From assembly GCA_034780895.1 (NCBI GenBank), contig JAUZTB010000069.1, forward strand, positions 3,005,867 through 3,069,866: DNA of 64,000 bases, written 5' to 3'. Under the pieces are notes generated by a model. That model was not told the origin of the DNA. It was given only the letters and a program-made list of their open reading frames with translations, and searched no databases. Numbering within the stretch: the stretch's first letter is position 1; each line of letters begins with the position of its first letter. The stretch comes from Rhynchobatus australiae. Taxonomy: Eukaryota. Of this stretch, positions 13,840 through 27,660 are shown in pieces. A program made the translations under genes and the position numbers.

Positions 13840-14250
13840 ACATGTTGAACAGTACAGCACAGGAACAGGCCCTTCAGCCTATGATGTCTATGCCGACTAT
13901 GATGTCAATTCAAATGAATTCCATCTGCCTGCATGTGATCTATATCTGGCCATTCCCTGCATGTGCCTTTGTAAATGCCTATTAAACATTGCTATCACTA
14001 TCTGCTTACCTCCCCTGGCAGTGCCATTAAACCTTACCCCTCTTACCTTGAACCTATGCCCACTGGTATTTGACTTACCTACCCTATCTATGCCTCATGG
14101 TTTTGTATATTCCTGTCAGGTTGCAGTCTCCAACACTCCAGAGAAAACAATCCAAGTTTGTGAACGTCTCCTTGTTGCTGATGCTCTCTAATCCAGGCAA
14201 CATCCTGCTGAACCTCTTCTGCACCAGCTTAAAAGCCTCCACATCCTTTC
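13840..14250 (-). mobile_element. CR1-like LINE 3' fragment
   Basis: gaacagtacagcacaggaacaggcccttc tail and ccaggcaacatcctgctgaacctcttctgcacc (VQKRFSRMLPG on -). Confidence 0.8.
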
Positions 14251-14822
14251 TGCATGCAATAATTAAAGGAGGATCTTGTCTCTTTGACTAAACTTGTTGA
14301 CTAGTCAATTGTTCTAATGTATCCTATCGTGGCTCAGCATCAATTTTGTTTGCAAAAGCTCCTGGGAAGCACCTTGAGGCATCTTGCTGTGTTAAAGGCA
14401 CACTTAGGAGCTGTTGTTCCTTTCACTTTTTGAATTGTATCAAATTGAACAGTAACCAGGTGAACCCAAGATACAGGAATTCTATTCACATTTATGTATT
14501 AGTTTGAATGTTATCCCCCTTTCTCAAAAGTAGTGTGCTGTTACAGTTATCAACGTGGTCTTTACCCAGCTTACACCCATTCATTCACTTTAGGGGATCT
14601 ACATTCAGCCCTGTTGCTTATTCAATTCATTACAGCTTAACAGTAATATACAAATGCATAATTCTGTCAACCAAATTTTTTGGCAACAAATTCATGCATT
14701 GTTCTTGCTGTTTTTTTTGATGTGTTGGATAATTTCCAATACTGTTTCATGTGTATTACTAAAAATTACTCTTTCGTCTTGCCAAATTTTTTGATATTTG
14801 TAAATGTTTTGACTGCAACTAG

Positions 14823-14940
14823 GTCCCAGACCAGCAGACTGTGAACCTGAGTAACTTGGCTGAAAATAAACATTACGAGGTTGCAAAGAAGTGTGTGGAG
14901 GAGCTGGCACTCTACTTGAAACCTCTTAGTGGAGGAAAGG
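14823..14940 (+). CDS. RC3H2: Roquin-2 coding exon 2
   Basis: ctag|GTC; [39 protein letters not shown]; G|gtaggt; 118 nt, phase 0 to 1. Confidence 0.95.
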
Positions 14941-16514
14941 GTAGGTAGTGTTAAGATTTGTGCTAGTATTTGTAATAAGTAACATTTCTTCTCTAGCTTG
15001 CAATTTGTATCTTCAGGTGGCAGGAAAACTCATTTAATTTTCTTTTTTAAAAAAAAAAGCAAAATATATTTGAAATCCATGAAAAACTGGTATTAATCAA
15101 GCTTGTGTCTTATCAAAATCAGGAAAATTTAGAAATGAAAACATTTAAAGATGCCGAGAAAAGGGAGGGGAGAGGGTGGAAGGCAGAAGAGATTGTGGCA
15201 AAAGTGATAATCACGCATGAGGGTGCTTCTGAGACTATAATGATTAGGTCAGTGAGGTATAAATGATGGAAGCAGAATATTTATCAGAAATTTACTAAAG
15301 GAAAATACTTCAAATCTGAAACTGTTAAATGATATATAATCTGAAAGGCTATAATGTGCTTACTCAAAAATGAGGTACTGTTCCTCAAGCATCAGAATAG
15401 ATTAGGAGACCAAATACAGAAGGGTTAGAAAGGGATGTAGAATTAAAATGACAGAAATGGAAGTTCAAGTTTACAGATTGAATGAAGGTGTTTCGCATGA
15501 NNNNNNNNNNNNNNNNNNNNNNNNNNNNNNNNNNNNNNNNNNNNNNNNNNNNNNNNNNNNNNNNNNNNNNNNNNNNNNNNNNNNNNGTAAATTGCTGCTG
15601 CTGCTGCTTCACCTGAAAAGTGTGCTTGGAATCTTGAATGGTGGAAGAGGGCAGATGTTGCTGCACATGTGGATATGTGAGAAAGGAAGTAAATTTTTGT
15701 GGAGATGAAGGAATAGACAAGAGTGTCAAGAAGGGAAGTGTCTTTGGAATGCAGAAAAATGAGAAATTTGGAAAACAATCGGCACATTCATTTATTTAGT
15801 GGATTCATTGAAATGAGCACAAAATCAATTTGTAGATGTGTAATCACAATGCCAGTTTTCTCAAAGTGACAGCATGCAATTTAAAAGGTTTTAAAGTCCT
15901 TTTAATCATTGTTCAATTTAGTGCTATTAGATAAAACAATTAAACTTGTGGTTCTAACTCAATCTCCCTCTTTTTTTTTCATTGGTCCCTCCTTTAGTGT
16001 CTCTGGCCAGTTCATTGAAGTCTTTTTTTTGCAGCCTACAAGCTTGTTCCTCACTGTTTACCTCACTACCAGTTTTGGTATAATCTACAAATTTCTAAAT
16101 CAAGTCCAAACCATGGACCTGTACAATAATATGGTACTAAGAACTATGGAACCCAACTGCATTTACAGCCTAAAACTTGGACTGTTATTCTTAGTTGTGT
16201 TGCTACTGAGCCAATTTTGAATCCATCTGGTCACCTTTCATTCAATTTTGTGTCACTTTACTTTTCTGATTGGTGTGTCATATGGGACATTGTCAGACAC
16301 CTTGTTTAAATCCACGCAGACTATATCAAGATCATAAACTGCATTAGCTCACCCCATTGTCATTTTTTTAAATTCAATCGCTTTAATCTGTTGTGACCAT
16401 CCCTATACAGCATGGAAACAAGCCCTTTTGGCCCAATTCGTCCCAGCCAACCAAGTTGCCTACCTGAGCGAGACCCATTTGGCCCTTATTGCTCTAAACT
16501 TTTCTTATCCTCCC

Positions 16515-16960
16515 CTGGAGATGAGGGGGTTAGCCTGTGAGGAGAGAGTAAGTTGTCTGGGACTATACTCACTGGAATTCAGAAGAATTGGTGTGGATCT
16601 TATAGAAACATATAAAATTATGAAAGGGATAGATGAGATAGAGGCAGGAAGTTGTTTTCACTGGTTGGTGAGACTAGAACTAGAGGACAGCCTCAAGATT
16701 CGGGGGAGTAGACTTGGGACCAACGAGGAGAAACTGCTTGTCCCAGAGAGTAGTGAATCTGTGGAATTCTCTCCCCAGGAAAGCAGTGGAGGCTACCTCA
16801 TTAAATATATTTAAAACACAGATTTTTGCATAGTAGGGGAATTAAGGGTTATGGGGAAAAGGCAGATAGGTGGATCTGAGTCCACAGACAGATAAGCCAT
16901 GATCTTATTGAATGGTGGAGCAAGCTCGATGGGGCCAGATGGCGGCCTCCTGCTACTATT
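16515..16960 (+). mobile_element. CR1-like LINE 3' fragment, opposite in orientation to its neighbours
   Basis: LGLYSLEFRRIGVDLIETYKIMKGID. Confidence 0.85.
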
Positions 16961-16964
16961 TATT

Positions 16965-17940
16965 TTTTATATATCCATGTACTTGTCTAAATGCCTTGTA
17001 AACATTGTAACTGTCCAGCCTCCTCTGGCAGATCTTTCCGCATTCATACTATAGTCTGGGGAAAATGTTGCCCTCGCGTTTCCCCCCGTAAATTTTTCCC
17101 TTCTCACTTTAGCTACATGCCCTCCAGTTTGAGAGCCCCATACCCTGGGGAAAAGATTGTGACCATTCACCCTATCTATGCCCTTCATGATTTTATATAC
17201 ATCCTGTAAGGTCACCCCATCAGCCTCATATGCTCCAGGGAAAAAAGCCCCAGCCTTCCCACTCTCTCCTTACAACTCAAGCCCTCCAGTCCCAGTAATA
17301 TCCTTTGGAATCCATTCTGCACTCTTTTCAGCTTAATGTCATTCTGTAGCCCGGCAACCAGAACTGCACACAGTACTCCAAGTGTGGCCTCGCCAACATC
17401 TTGTACAGTTTTAACATGATGTCCCATCTCTTGTACTCAATGCTCTGTCCAATGAAGGCAAGTGTGCCAAAGGCTGCCTTTACCCACCCTGTCTACCTGT
17501 GTCAACACTTTCAGGTAACTATGTATTTGTACACCTAGGTTTTNNNNNNNNNNNNNNNNNNNNNNNNNNNNNNNNNNNNNNNNNNNNNNNNNNNNNNNNN
17601 NNNNNNNNNNNNNNNNNNNNNNNNNNNNNNNNNNNNNNNNNNNGTCAACACTTTCAGGTAACTATGTATTTGTACACCTAGGTTTTCTGTTCTACAACAT
17701 GTTGCAGAGCCCTGCCATTTACTGTGCAAGTCCTGCCCTGGTTTAACTTACTAAAATGCGATACTTTGTACTTGTCCAAGTTAAATTTCATCTTCCATTT
17801 TTTGGCCCACCTTGTCAGTTGTGCTAGATCCTGTTGTAATCTTAAATAACCTTCTTCACTGTCCACTCTGCCACTAATTTGGTGTCCTCCTCAAACTTTC
17901 TCACCATGCCAACTACTTTCTCATCCAAATTGTTGATATA
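16965..17940 (-). mobile_element. CR1-like LINE ORF2 fragment
   Basis: LQQDLAQLTRWAKKWKMKFNLDK, LGLFSLE, VYKIMKGIDRVN. Confidence 0.9.
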
Positions 17941-18576
17941 GATTGTCCCTGGTTAAACTTTTTTTTTCTAAATATCTTTCGTACTGTCCCTTTTGAATTG
18001 TTTTCTGTGGACCAGAGATAGCTAAGCTATGTCCAAACATTTCATTAGTTTGGACTTGGCTCATGTAATTTCCAGACTGTTTTTCTCTGACATCCTAACT
18101 GCTTTAGTTGGGCTCTGTAGGGTAACAAGATCTTCTGAATTGTAAATTTTGTTAGTCTGGGGTGAAGTTCAAAATAGCACGGGGGATAAAATACAGCTGC
18201 TGGCAAAACCATGNNNNNNNNNNNNNNNNNNNNNNNNNNNNNNNNNNNNNNNNNNNNNNNNNNNNNNNNNNNNNNNNNNNNNNNNNNNNNNNNNNNNNNN
18301 NNNNNNNNNNNNNCCAAAGGGCCTATTTCTGTGCTTTGTGACTTTAGATCAATGACTTTAGTCGGTTAGGGAGGACCTACAGGTTGTGTACTTGATTGAA
18401 GAGTTAAGTTTATTTAGCCTTTATCTAAGGACATTCACTACCAGCAGGGATCATTGTGATAATCTGGAACAAGAGTGCTGGTTGTTAAACTGAGGAGATC
18501 TGAAATAAAAGTACCACCAGGCTGATTCATCACCAACTGATGATTGAATGGGAGTAGTGCTACGGTGGTTAAATAC

Positions 18577-18639
18577 CCAGACTAGCATCTTGCACTAACA
18601 ATCTGGAACCAGACTAGCATCTTGCACTAACAATCTGGA
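18577..18639. repeat. Perfect tandem duplication (31 bp identical, period 32)
   Basis: ccagactagcatcttgcactaacaatctgga at 18577-18607 and 18609-18639. Confidence 0.9.
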
Positions 18640-19879
18640 TCCACATGTGAGTTGCAGCTTGCAGGGTTTTTGGCAACAGGTTAACCAGAGGTGCCCTGGG
18701 TAACGTGCAGTGAGTGAGCAGTAGGGGACGGCAGTTGCCAGGTGAACAGGTCGAAGTGTCAGGTGACAGGAGCTTCCAATAGGGATCAGTACAACAGTGA
18801 ATGGAAAGGGCTGTGAAGAAACTCATGACTGGGTACTAAGTAGCTGGCTGCACTTCTTCCAGAACATGCTACGCTGAGCAAAGATTTGACGTAAAACCTG
18901 TGGATGAGTGGGACCGAAGCTGAAACTGTCAGCTTTTTCCTACACCAATCAGATCTGTTTTCGTCCCAAAGAGGATGAAATCAGCAACAATGATTGAACC
19001 CCCTGCCAATAATGTGGGGAGAGCAGGAGTGGGGTGCTGAGATCAGACAGGTGGGGTTACATTGTGAAATATTTTTTCCAATACAACCACGGTCTGCAGC
19101 ACCTGCAAGCTTTTCTGTGATGGTGAACATGGGGCCTTCAGGGATTTTGGGAATGAAGAGGCATAATAACTTAATCCTTTGAAACCCTTCCCCTACCCCA
19201 GGATCACAGGGTAATCCTGTCACTGAGAATGAATGTGTATGAATGTCTCTGACATTCATATACATTCAAACCACTAACAAAAAAAAATAACCTCACTGTA
19301 CCACTCTGCTGGTGCATATTAACTGTACAAACTGTAATGTTTTCTGACGTATGACAGAGATGCTTTCCTAGATTAAAATATTTTAAACAAAACCCAAATG
19401 TTGGGAGTCTAAAATACAGCAGAAAACTCTGAGTCAGACAGTGTGTTCTACTTTAAATTTTACAGCGTTATATATCGACACATCCATCCAGAGTCAAAGG
19501 ACACATCAGACATTTTTAACATGAATGCATATTACCCGAGTTCTAGTAGCATCCACAGTAAACAGTCAAGACCAAATTTAGCCTTTAATTAATTATTGAT
19601 TCAAACTACCTATCAAACCTGAAGGATGTTGAGCAGGTCAAATTACGTTAGGATACAAGATGAAATTTACATTTTATCTTAGAACACTGTATTTGCATAA
19701 TCCAACAATATCTACCTTATGTGCAGCCATCTTAGTCACAATAATATAATGTAAGAAAATAAAAGCAGGAGCAGGCCACCCACTGGCTCCTCGAACCTGC
19801 CCCACTATCCAATCTGCCCCAGGCCTCAACTCCAGTGCCAGTTCCCTGTGGCTTTCAATTCCTCGATCTGTCAAAAACA

Positions 19880-20462
19880 TAACATAGAACACTACAGCAC
19901 AATACAGGCCCTTTGGCCCACAATGTTATGCCATCCTTTAAACCACGCTTAAGACTATCTAACCCCTTCCTCCCACATATTCCTCTATTTTAAATTCCTC
20001 CATATGCTTATCTTGTAATCTCTTGACTTTGACTAATGTAGCTGCCTCCACCACTGCCCCAGGCAGCGCATTCCATGCCCCAACCACACTCTGGGTAAAA
20101 AACTTCCCTCCCTTGAACTTCCCACCCATTACTTTAAAGCCATACCCTCTTGTATTGAGCATTGGTTCCCTGGGAAAGAGGCGCTGGCTGTCTACTCTAT
20201 CTATTCCTCTTAATATTTTGTGCACCTCTATCATGTCTCCTCTTATCCTCCTCCTCTCCAAAGAGTAAAGCCCTAGCTCCCTTAGTATCTCCTCATAATC
20301 CATACTCTCCAAACCAGGCAGCATCCTGGTAAATCTCCTCTGCACCCTTTCTAATGCTTCCACATCCTTCCTATAATGAGGCAACCAGAACTGGACACAG
20401 TACTCCAAGTGTGGTCTAACCAGAGTTTTGTTAAGCTGTATCATTACCTCGTGGCTCTTAAA
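19880..20462 (-). mobile_element. Young CR1-like LINE 3' fragment
   Basis: Open 161-aa ORF LVRPHLEYCVQFW..ERVQRRFTRMLPGL..RRIRGDMIEVHK..WNALP. Confidence 0.92.
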
Positions 20463-21099
20463 CCAAGTATCAAAGCTGTCAAAAGTTAAACATCGATAAC
20501 ATTCAAAGTTAATGGCTTAGAAACCATAAAAGGGAAATCAATTTTTGTTTAAAAATCTATGATACTGAAACCTCACTTGTGTTTGCATTTAATCAACAAA
20601 TATCGCTGACCCTAAACTACTTCACTGCATTGAAATGAATGGGGAAGTAGTTCAGTTGGATTTTCAATAAGTATTGGAGAGATGTATCAACTTACTTCCT
20701 TGGTGGACTTCATGAGGAGTCCATCATCTGAGTGCAATTCCAATCAATTGCTTACAGTAGTTTTGCAATTTTGGGATTTTCTTCTTTTGAAAAATCTCAA
20801 AGTTGCAAGCTGCCAACAATTCCCAGTAACAGTTAAAGACAATTTCCCTGCAAACCTGGGGTAATAATTTGCTTGGTATTAAGGTGATTGGCATTAATTA
20901 ACTGTGCTTTAAACAAGGACACCACTTGGCAATCCTCCAATCTTTTGGCATCATGCATGTAGACAAAGAGAATTGGAAAATGGTCAGTGCCTTTACTATT
21001 TCCTTCCTTGCTTCTAAGGGCCTGGGAATTTTGGAATGTTACTGCCTTTTATTTCAAATGGGGATGTTCACTGATTAATATGCCATTCAATTCGCAACA

Positions 21100-21900
21100 C
21101 CTTAGAAGTTGAAGCAGATGATGTCTGCAGACAGCAAGACCTACACAATATTTGGGCACAGGCTAATAAATAGAAAGTAAGAATCATGCCACTCAAATAC
21201 CAGGCAGTGACTATCTCTAAAAGAATCTAATCACACATTGTTAACCTTTTAATGGCATTAGCACTTCCAAGATCCCACCATCCTGTTTCTAGGGTGGTTG
21301 TCATTGACCAGAAACTCAACTGGACCAGCAACATAAATAACGTGATTAACAGAGCAGATTAGATACTGGATGTTCTGCTGCAAGTGACACATCATAAAGC
21401 CTCTCTACCTTCTATAAGATGCACCAAGAGCATGATGGAAAATTTTACAATTGCTAGATGAGTGCAACACCAACAACACTGAAGAAACTCAGCACCACTC
21501 AGTGGAAAACAGTCTGGTTGGCACCCCATCTACTTTGCTTAATTTCCACCACTACTGGCACATCTTGGCTGCAGTGTGTCATTCTACACTGTTCTGCTGT
21601 TACTTGTCTAGGCGACACTAACAAAACTGCCCAATCCAGCAATCTGTACTACCAAGAAGGATCTGTACTGCCAAGCAGGCACATGGGAATGTTGCCACCT
21701 GCATGTTCTTCAAATTACTCCCCATCCTGACTTGAAAATGTATCGTTATTCCTTCATTTATGGATCTAAATCCACTACATAACAGATAATGAAAATACCT
21801 TATATCAGAATTGCAGCGATTCAAGGTCCCTCGCCTTCTCAAAGGCATTTAGAGTGAGCAGTAACTGCTGGCCTTTATAGTGATGCTCACATTCTGAAGA
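21100..21900 (+). mobile_element. Degenerate LINE 3' fragment (recurrent family)
   Basis: tcattgaccagaaactcaactggaccag, gatgagtgca..ccaacaacact..agaa shared with other copies. Confidence 0.6.
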
Positions 21901-22407
21901 AAAGTAATAATGAAGCTGGAAATCTATTAAACACAGATTTCCAATTTTGCCATGGGTTCACTTACAGAATAACATCACCTTTTGATATTCCCCTTCTAGT
22001 TAAAATCTATTTTACATTTGACAAATAAAACTTCTCAATAGCTTTTTGCAGACCAGGTCATTTTAAGTAATTTTATTTATCTAAAGATTTTATGAAAATA
22101 ATATTATTTTGCCCCAATTTTTGTTGTAAAAATTTGAATTGTACTTGTAGCAAAACAAATGGTTATCTGTGCCATCTCACACTGATTTCAGTGGAAATCC
22201 TTGCCTTTGTCTCTGTAAACACGATTAGACTTTGTAATTGCCACTTCAATTTCATAATTTATCTATTTGTTATAGATTTGATATCAGAAATTCCTTAAAT
22301 TTTGACAATTGAATTGTTTTCTGAATTGTGTGATATTCCATTACAGTAGAGACTCTGCATGAGCTTTAACACTTTTGTTAACCACTTTGTAACTTTGCTC
22401 TGTTCAG

Positions 22408-22641
22408 GTGTTGCAAGTCTAAATCAGAGTGCACTGAGCAGACCAATGCAGCGAAAACTGGTTACCTTGGTTAACTGTCAGTTGGTAGAGGAGGAAGGAC
22501 GTGTGCGAGCAATGCGAGCAGCAAGATCACTTGGGGAACGAACAGTTACTGAACTCATTCTGCAGCATCAGAATCCCCAGCAGTTATCAGCCAATTTGTG
22601 GGCTGCAGTCCGGGCCAGAGGTTGCCAGTTTTTGGGACCAG
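22408..22641 (+). CDS. RC3H2: Roquin-2 coding exon 3 (HEPN-N/ROQ start)
   Basis: ttcag|GT; [31 protein letters not shown]...[10 protein letters not shown]; G|gtaaga; 234 nt. Confidence 0.97.
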
Positions 22642-22711
22642 GTAAGAAATCAGATAAAAATAATCCTCATGGTGATTGTGGTTTCAGTGAGTGTTTAAAA
22701 CACAACCATTA

Positions 22712-23160
22712 TAGAGTCATAGAATTGCACAGCACAGAAAAGGGCCACCACATCCAGGCCAACCTTTTTGCCCATCTGCACTGATCCTATTTGTTGGCAT
22801 TATGTCATTATCCTAAGCCTTGCCTATTTAAGTGGCTGTCTAAATATCTCTTAAACATAGGTGATGGTATCTGACTTCACCACCACCACCTCTGGCGTAG
22901 AGTTCCAGACATAAACAACTTTGCCCTCAAATCCCTTTTTAAAATCCCCTTTAAAACTCCTTTCTCTCACCTTTTAAACCTGTGCCCTCTTGGTTTTGAT
23001 AACCCTTTGTTCAAAATCTGTTATTCTTTTTGGAGAATGTCTTGTTCCTGTACTGTGTTCTATATCACGTGCAGGCAGAAGGGTTTGGTTTAATTTGGCA
23101 TCATGCTCAGCACAGACATCATGGGCTGAAGGGCCTATTCCTTTGCTGTACTATGTTCTA
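22712..23160. mobile_element. Two short CR1 3' fragments in opposite orientations
   Basis: tagagtcatagaa...cagcacagaaa tail on -; gggctgaagggcctattcc...ctatgttcta tail on +. Confidence 0.65.
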
Positions 23161-23954
23161 ACTGAAAATAAGTGTGTCAGATCTGGTTCAGTTGAATTCA
23201 TGCTGAGGTTCCAATCCAGAAACCTGAGCTCAAATTTTGACTGGGACTTTTTAAAAATTTCTTCTGTTTTTCTCTCTTTTAAAATACCCAATAATTAAAG
23301 CTAAGGGATTGAAAAAGTGTGCTTAAAATAGTCTATTTCTGCTTCAGAGAAGTTTTGGGTGTAATTAATAATTAGCATGTCAATAATGGCTAATCCAACT
23401 TGATTAAATAAGACTCCAAAACCGGTTCCTTGTTTCACTTTAAAACCATTTTAAATTTGTTATGTTTACTTGTTTAACATGCAAATACAATAACTTTCTC
23501 ACATTTCTAAGCCTGTTCAGTGGTGAATCAATCAGCAATTTGCCAATTTTTGTGAATCCAGTGGCAGGATATTGCATTTTGAATGGCACCTTTCAAGATT
23601 TTCTCCTTTTAAATCATGCACTGGCCCTTGCATGAAATTGATTTAGCATTTTCACATAAATCATGGTGAATGACATTGGCCTCAGTCATTATGTCAGTAA
23701 GTTATAGACCATATCGTCTGTATGATGTGTGGCATAACTTAGTTAACTGCATGTGACTATTTTTAGAGTTTTTTTGTACTGTATTGGTAGTATTTCTGAA
23801 GACTGTCTGCTATTTCTGGGGGGGCAGGGGGGAGGGATTCCGTTGATGGACTATTCCTTTTCTTTTAGTGTTTATGATGGAGTGTAAAATATATAAGAAA
23901 AGGAGTAAGCCATCTGAACAAAAATAATGATTGCATTTTCCATTCCTTCATCAG

Positions 23955-24115
23955 CTATGCAGGAAGAAGCTCTTAAACTGGTCTTGCTTGCATTGGAAGA
24001 TGGGTCAGCACTCTCTAGGAAAGTGCTGGTTCTCTTTGTCGTTCAGAGACTTGAACCACGATTTCCTCAGGCATCCAAAACTAGTATTGGTCACGTCGTA
24101 CAACTCTTGTACCGT
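23955..24115 (+). CDS. RC3H2: Roquin-2 coding exon 4 (ROQ), 3' end lost in N gap
   Basis: catcag|CT; [54 protein letters not shown], then Ns from 24116. Confidence 0.95.
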
Positions 24116-24859
24116 NNNNNNNNNNNNNNNNNNNNNNNNNNNNNNNNNNNNNNNNNNNNNNNNNNNNNNNNNNNNNNNNNNNNNNNNNNNNNNNNNNNNN
24201 NNNNNNNNNNNNNNNNNNNNNNNNNNNNNNNNNNNNNNNNNNNNNNNNNNNNNNNNNNNNNNNNNNNNNNNNNNNNNNNNNCTTAAAATAATAGCTAAGC
24301 TGCAGACAAGATAGCATTTTCCACAATTATGTCTGACTTTTCAATTATGTTTTAGAGGGGAGGAGGAGGTGGAGTAACAGCTTCACCTGACTTGCCACTT
24401 TTTTTTAAAAACACAATATACAGTGTTGTCTTGTGATTCCTGTTGAGAAGCAGTTATCCCTCTTTTAGCTCTTTGGCGAGGACCAGGAGTGACACTTGGC
24501 ACTGATGCTTTGGAGGGTGAGGTCTGCTCTCCCTTGCACCTGCCTGTTTAACTGATCCATCCCAGGGAACAGATCCCATCTATCCACAAGTGTCCTTTGC
24601 CCATGGGACAGGTAATTCCACAAAACTCTCTACAGGCAGTCCATGAGCCCATTATTTGTCCTGCTCTGTGATGGTTGCTGACCCGGGTCTCTGGACATTT
24701 ATCCACCACCTGGTCCCTCCTTGTGGTGCTGCTGCTGTCTTTCTGCCATTTAGAGCAGAGAGAATCGGTGTGTGACAGAATGCACTGATGGCCTGAGTCA
24801 ATGGTGGCCTAATTTTGTGGAATCTACAATGGCCTCAAAATCACAATTTAATTATAGCT

Positions 24860-25820
24860 TTCTGTATCAAATGCATTTTTTTTTAAACAATGCACTGCCA
24901 GTTTGGCTGAATGAAATGAGACTCAATATTGAGTAAATGGCACTGTTTTAAAGGGTGTGTACATACATACGTCTTTGAAGGCAGCAGGCTCTGCTGAGAA
25001 AGCTAATGGGATCCTGGATTTCAAGGGTATAGTGTACAATGAGAGGAAGATTATCTTGAACCTTTTATAAAGCAGCAGTTAGACCATTAAACCACAAGTG
25101 GAATATTTCATCCAGTGCTCGTCACCACACTATAGAAAAGATGTCTTGGAGCTTAACAGAGCAGAAAAGCCTTCAAGAATATAGAAAATGTAGAGATGAA
25201 ATTCAGTGGGATGTTAGGAAACCAAAGAGCATGACAAAATACTTACAAAGAAAATCCAAGGATCTTTCTTTTAAAAATAAAGAGCAAGAGGCTAATGGAG
25301 GAAGGAGCAGGGCCTGTTTGGGACAAAAATATAATGGCTGTGGAGATGGAGTTTGTGGGTAAGGTTCTTGATATTTAGCAGCTATCTTCACAAATGAAGG
25401 AGATGTAGAGACTGTAGTTAAGAAGGAAGAGTGTGAAATAATGGATGAGATAAACATGGTATAACATTAAGGGGTTTAGAATGTTTTGAAAGTTGCTAAA
25501 GCAACAGGCATGGATGAAACATGGGCAGTTTAGTAAGAAAGCTAGGAAAAGACTCTGACCATCATTTGTCATCCCTCCCTGGCTGCAGGATTGGTGCCAG
25601 ATGAAGTGTTTAAAAACCAAGTTAGGCCAGTAAATTTCACTTTGGCACAGGGCAGATTTTTGGATTTTTTTCTGAGGGACTGTATAAACCTTCATTTAGA
25701 AAGGCGCAGAATAATCAGCACGGTGTAGATTTGTTAAAGGAAAATCATACTTGACTAGAACTTGTTTTTGAGGCAATAACAAGACGTGTTAATGAGGGCA
25801 ATGGATTTGATGTATTCTAC
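24860..25820 (+). mobile_element. Highly degenerate CR1-like fragments
   Basis: gctaatgggatcctgg, agttagaccat..gtggaatat, atttgttaaaggaaaatcatacttgac (GFxKGKSCLT-like). Confidence 0.55.
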
Positions 25821-27211
25821 ATGACCAATTTTGTGTTAGCCACTATATTTAAATCTAAACTGAGAATGTAAAATATAAAAAGCAAAGAATTAAAGAATCA
25901 GACCTGTGGAATCCCACTAGTTATAGTCTTCCACTTGCAAATTTGCCCATCAATCTTTCCTGGCAATGATCTAATTTACCTTGGATTCCATGGATTTTAT
26001 TTTTTCAACCAGCACGTTATATCAAACCTCTCCATCTTTCCTCAAGGGAAAATAAATGCTTTGCAAGTACCTAAAGTCAAAGGTCCAGCAAAAACCTGGG
26101 ACCTTATGAACAGATGGTGGGTGAAGAGAATGCAGGAAGTTTAGCGAGCTGCCATGACATGCATGTATTCTTGAGTGCTATGAAAGCCACTTGTACTCCC
26201 AACACCCAAGGTTCCATTCCACTAAGCTAGGAATGGGGATAAGCTCTTAAGAACTTTCATCACTGAAATATTTGATTTCTGTACAAGCCAGTATGTATTC
26301 TGGTAACTAATTACTTAAATATTGTTGACTTCACCAGGTGGGTGGAATTTATTGGAGTAATTAGTGAAAAATCACCTGATGTTCACATTGCTGCTTTCAT
26401 GTCTTCTCAGATGAATTTATTTTTCAGTCTCTTAGGCCCTGATATCAAATTTGACTATGGGATTATTTTTCCTTGTTTGCTTTTAAATAAATTAGTACAA
26501 ATTCTGGTGGATAAAAATGGATTAATTTGAAAAGGGTAGTAACTAATTTAGTGCAAATGGAAACTTGTAACCTACTTCAAGACCAATATATTCATCGTGA
26601 GGTGCACTACCCAGAACAGGATGCGGTATTCCAGATAGGATCTAACGAGTGATAATTTGAACAAATGAAACTCCTGCAATTTGATAATAGCTAGAAAATC
26701 CATTTTTAGTAATGTTGAGCAGGGGATAAAGTGGCTGGACATCAGCCCAAGAGAGCAAATGTGCTTTGGTTTATCATCTCGTCTCTAGCAACAGTATTTC
26801 TAGTGGTGTCATCACTGCACAGTCAGTGTGACTTTTGTGTGTAAATCTCCAATGAGACTTGACCGCAGAATGTTCTGAATCTGAGACCAGTGTTAGCAAC
26901 TGAGCCTGAGTGTATGTCTAGAATTGTGATGAAAAGACAATTAAGTTTGCATACTCCTAATAATAGAGAAAGCAATATTCCATTACCCTTTTAAACTTGT
27001 TCATTAGCACTAAAGAGCAGTACCTTCTCTCTTTAGAGCCCTTCATCTGTCATCTGCAATTTCAAGTTGCTTGTCATTTAGAAAATAATTAGGTCTATCT
27101 TTCTTGGGTCCAAATGGATGACCTTGCATTTTCCCATCTTGAACTGCTGTCTGCCGCATGGACAATGTGTACGTGGATAGGCATGATTCATTGTGGATTG
27201 TTTCTCTCTAG

Positions 27212-27412
27212 GTTACAAAAAGGGATGAAGATTCTTCTCTGATGCAACTGAAAGAAGAGTTTCGTACTTATGAAGCTTTGCGCAGGGAGCATGATGCACA
27301 AATTGTTCATATCGCCATGGAGGCAGGACTTCGAATTTCCCCTGAACAATGGTCTTCCCTTTTGTATGGAGACTTGGCACATAAATCACACATGCAGTCT
27401 ATCATTGATAAG
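27212..27412 (+). CDS. RC3H2: Roquin-2 coding exon 5 (ROQ)
   Basis: ctctag|GTT; [32 protein letters not shown]...SHMQSIIDK|gtgagt; 201 nt. Confidence 0.97.
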
Positions 27413-27504
27413 GTGAGTTGTAGAAGATGTGGCTAATACTAGGTTTCACCAGGGAAACTTGAGAAGAATCTAAAATATCTTGTGCTCAGTCCACAGCAAA
27501 CCTA

Positions 27505-27660
27505 AGTGGCATGGTGGCACAGCAGTTACTGCTGCTGCCTCATAGTTCCAGGAACCCAGATTCAATTCTGACCTTGTTTGTTGCCATTCTCCCCATGTCT
27601 GCATGAGTTACTTCTGGTGTTTTGGTTTCCTCCCATAGGCTGCTCAAGTTTCCCACCAGT
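27505..27660 (+). mobile_element. V-SINE fragment
   Basis: ggcatggtggcacagcagtta..gctgcctcatag..ccagattcaattctgacc and ggtttcctccca. Confidence 0.75.

Noticed and set aside
18577-18639. CRISPR-like repeat
   Set aside because: Only two adjacent copies with no spacer, in a vertebrate intron.
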